Positions 63,773-64,000 of a stretch of 64,000 bases of DNA are shown here, in pieces. Location of the stretch: positions 29,122,984-29,186,983 of the forward strand of contig NC_069003.1 of the NCBI RefSeq assembly GCF_001194135.2, read 5' to 3'. The position numbers and the translations under genes are program-made. The notes under the pieces were generated by a model. That model saw only the letters and a list, made by a program, of their open reading frames with translations, searched no databases and was not told the origin of the DNA. Source of the DNA: Octopus bimaculoides. Taxonomy: Eukaryota. The stretch's first letter is position 1. Each line of letters starts with the position of its first letter.

Positions 63773-64000
63773 GTTACTCTAGAGTACTGTTATTGAATGT
63801 TTCTCGTTCAGAGATTTAGAAGTAATAATTTTTCTATTCACACACACCCACGCCTAGACCAACACACACACGCACGCACCTCTCACACGTATATATATAT
63901 GTACTGTTCGATTTATTGTTCTTATATTTAACGAAACAAGAACCATCAAGTCGATATATTTGATTCTACTTCTTATCCCTACCCACTTCCCTCAGAGTCT

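Overview
Very AT-rich, microsatellite-dense eukaryotic DNA with many N gaps, mostly next to simple repeats. The repeat families look like those of a cephalopod (Octopus-like) draft genome; this is pattern recognition, not a database result. No host protein-coding gene can be supported: almost all ORF-track entries are translations of microsatellites or N runs. The window is intronic or intergenic and holds dozens of tRNA-derived SINEs from at least four families. It also holds decayed mariner transposase fragments, a Penelope-like GIY-YIG fragment, a 5'-truncated R4/Dong-like retrotransposon in a (TAA)n repeat, two minisatellites, a MITE-like element and a 1.2-kb inverted duplication. Two things stand out. 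First, a complete 336-bp non-coding LTR element (TRIM-like) at 15015-15350 with 72-bp LTRs, a tRNA-Ser-type primer-binding site, a polypurine tract and a 5-bp target-site duplication (TSD). Second, several minimal type I hammerhead-ribozyme motifs in short Penelope-like repeats (18360, 20357, 27127, 40571).
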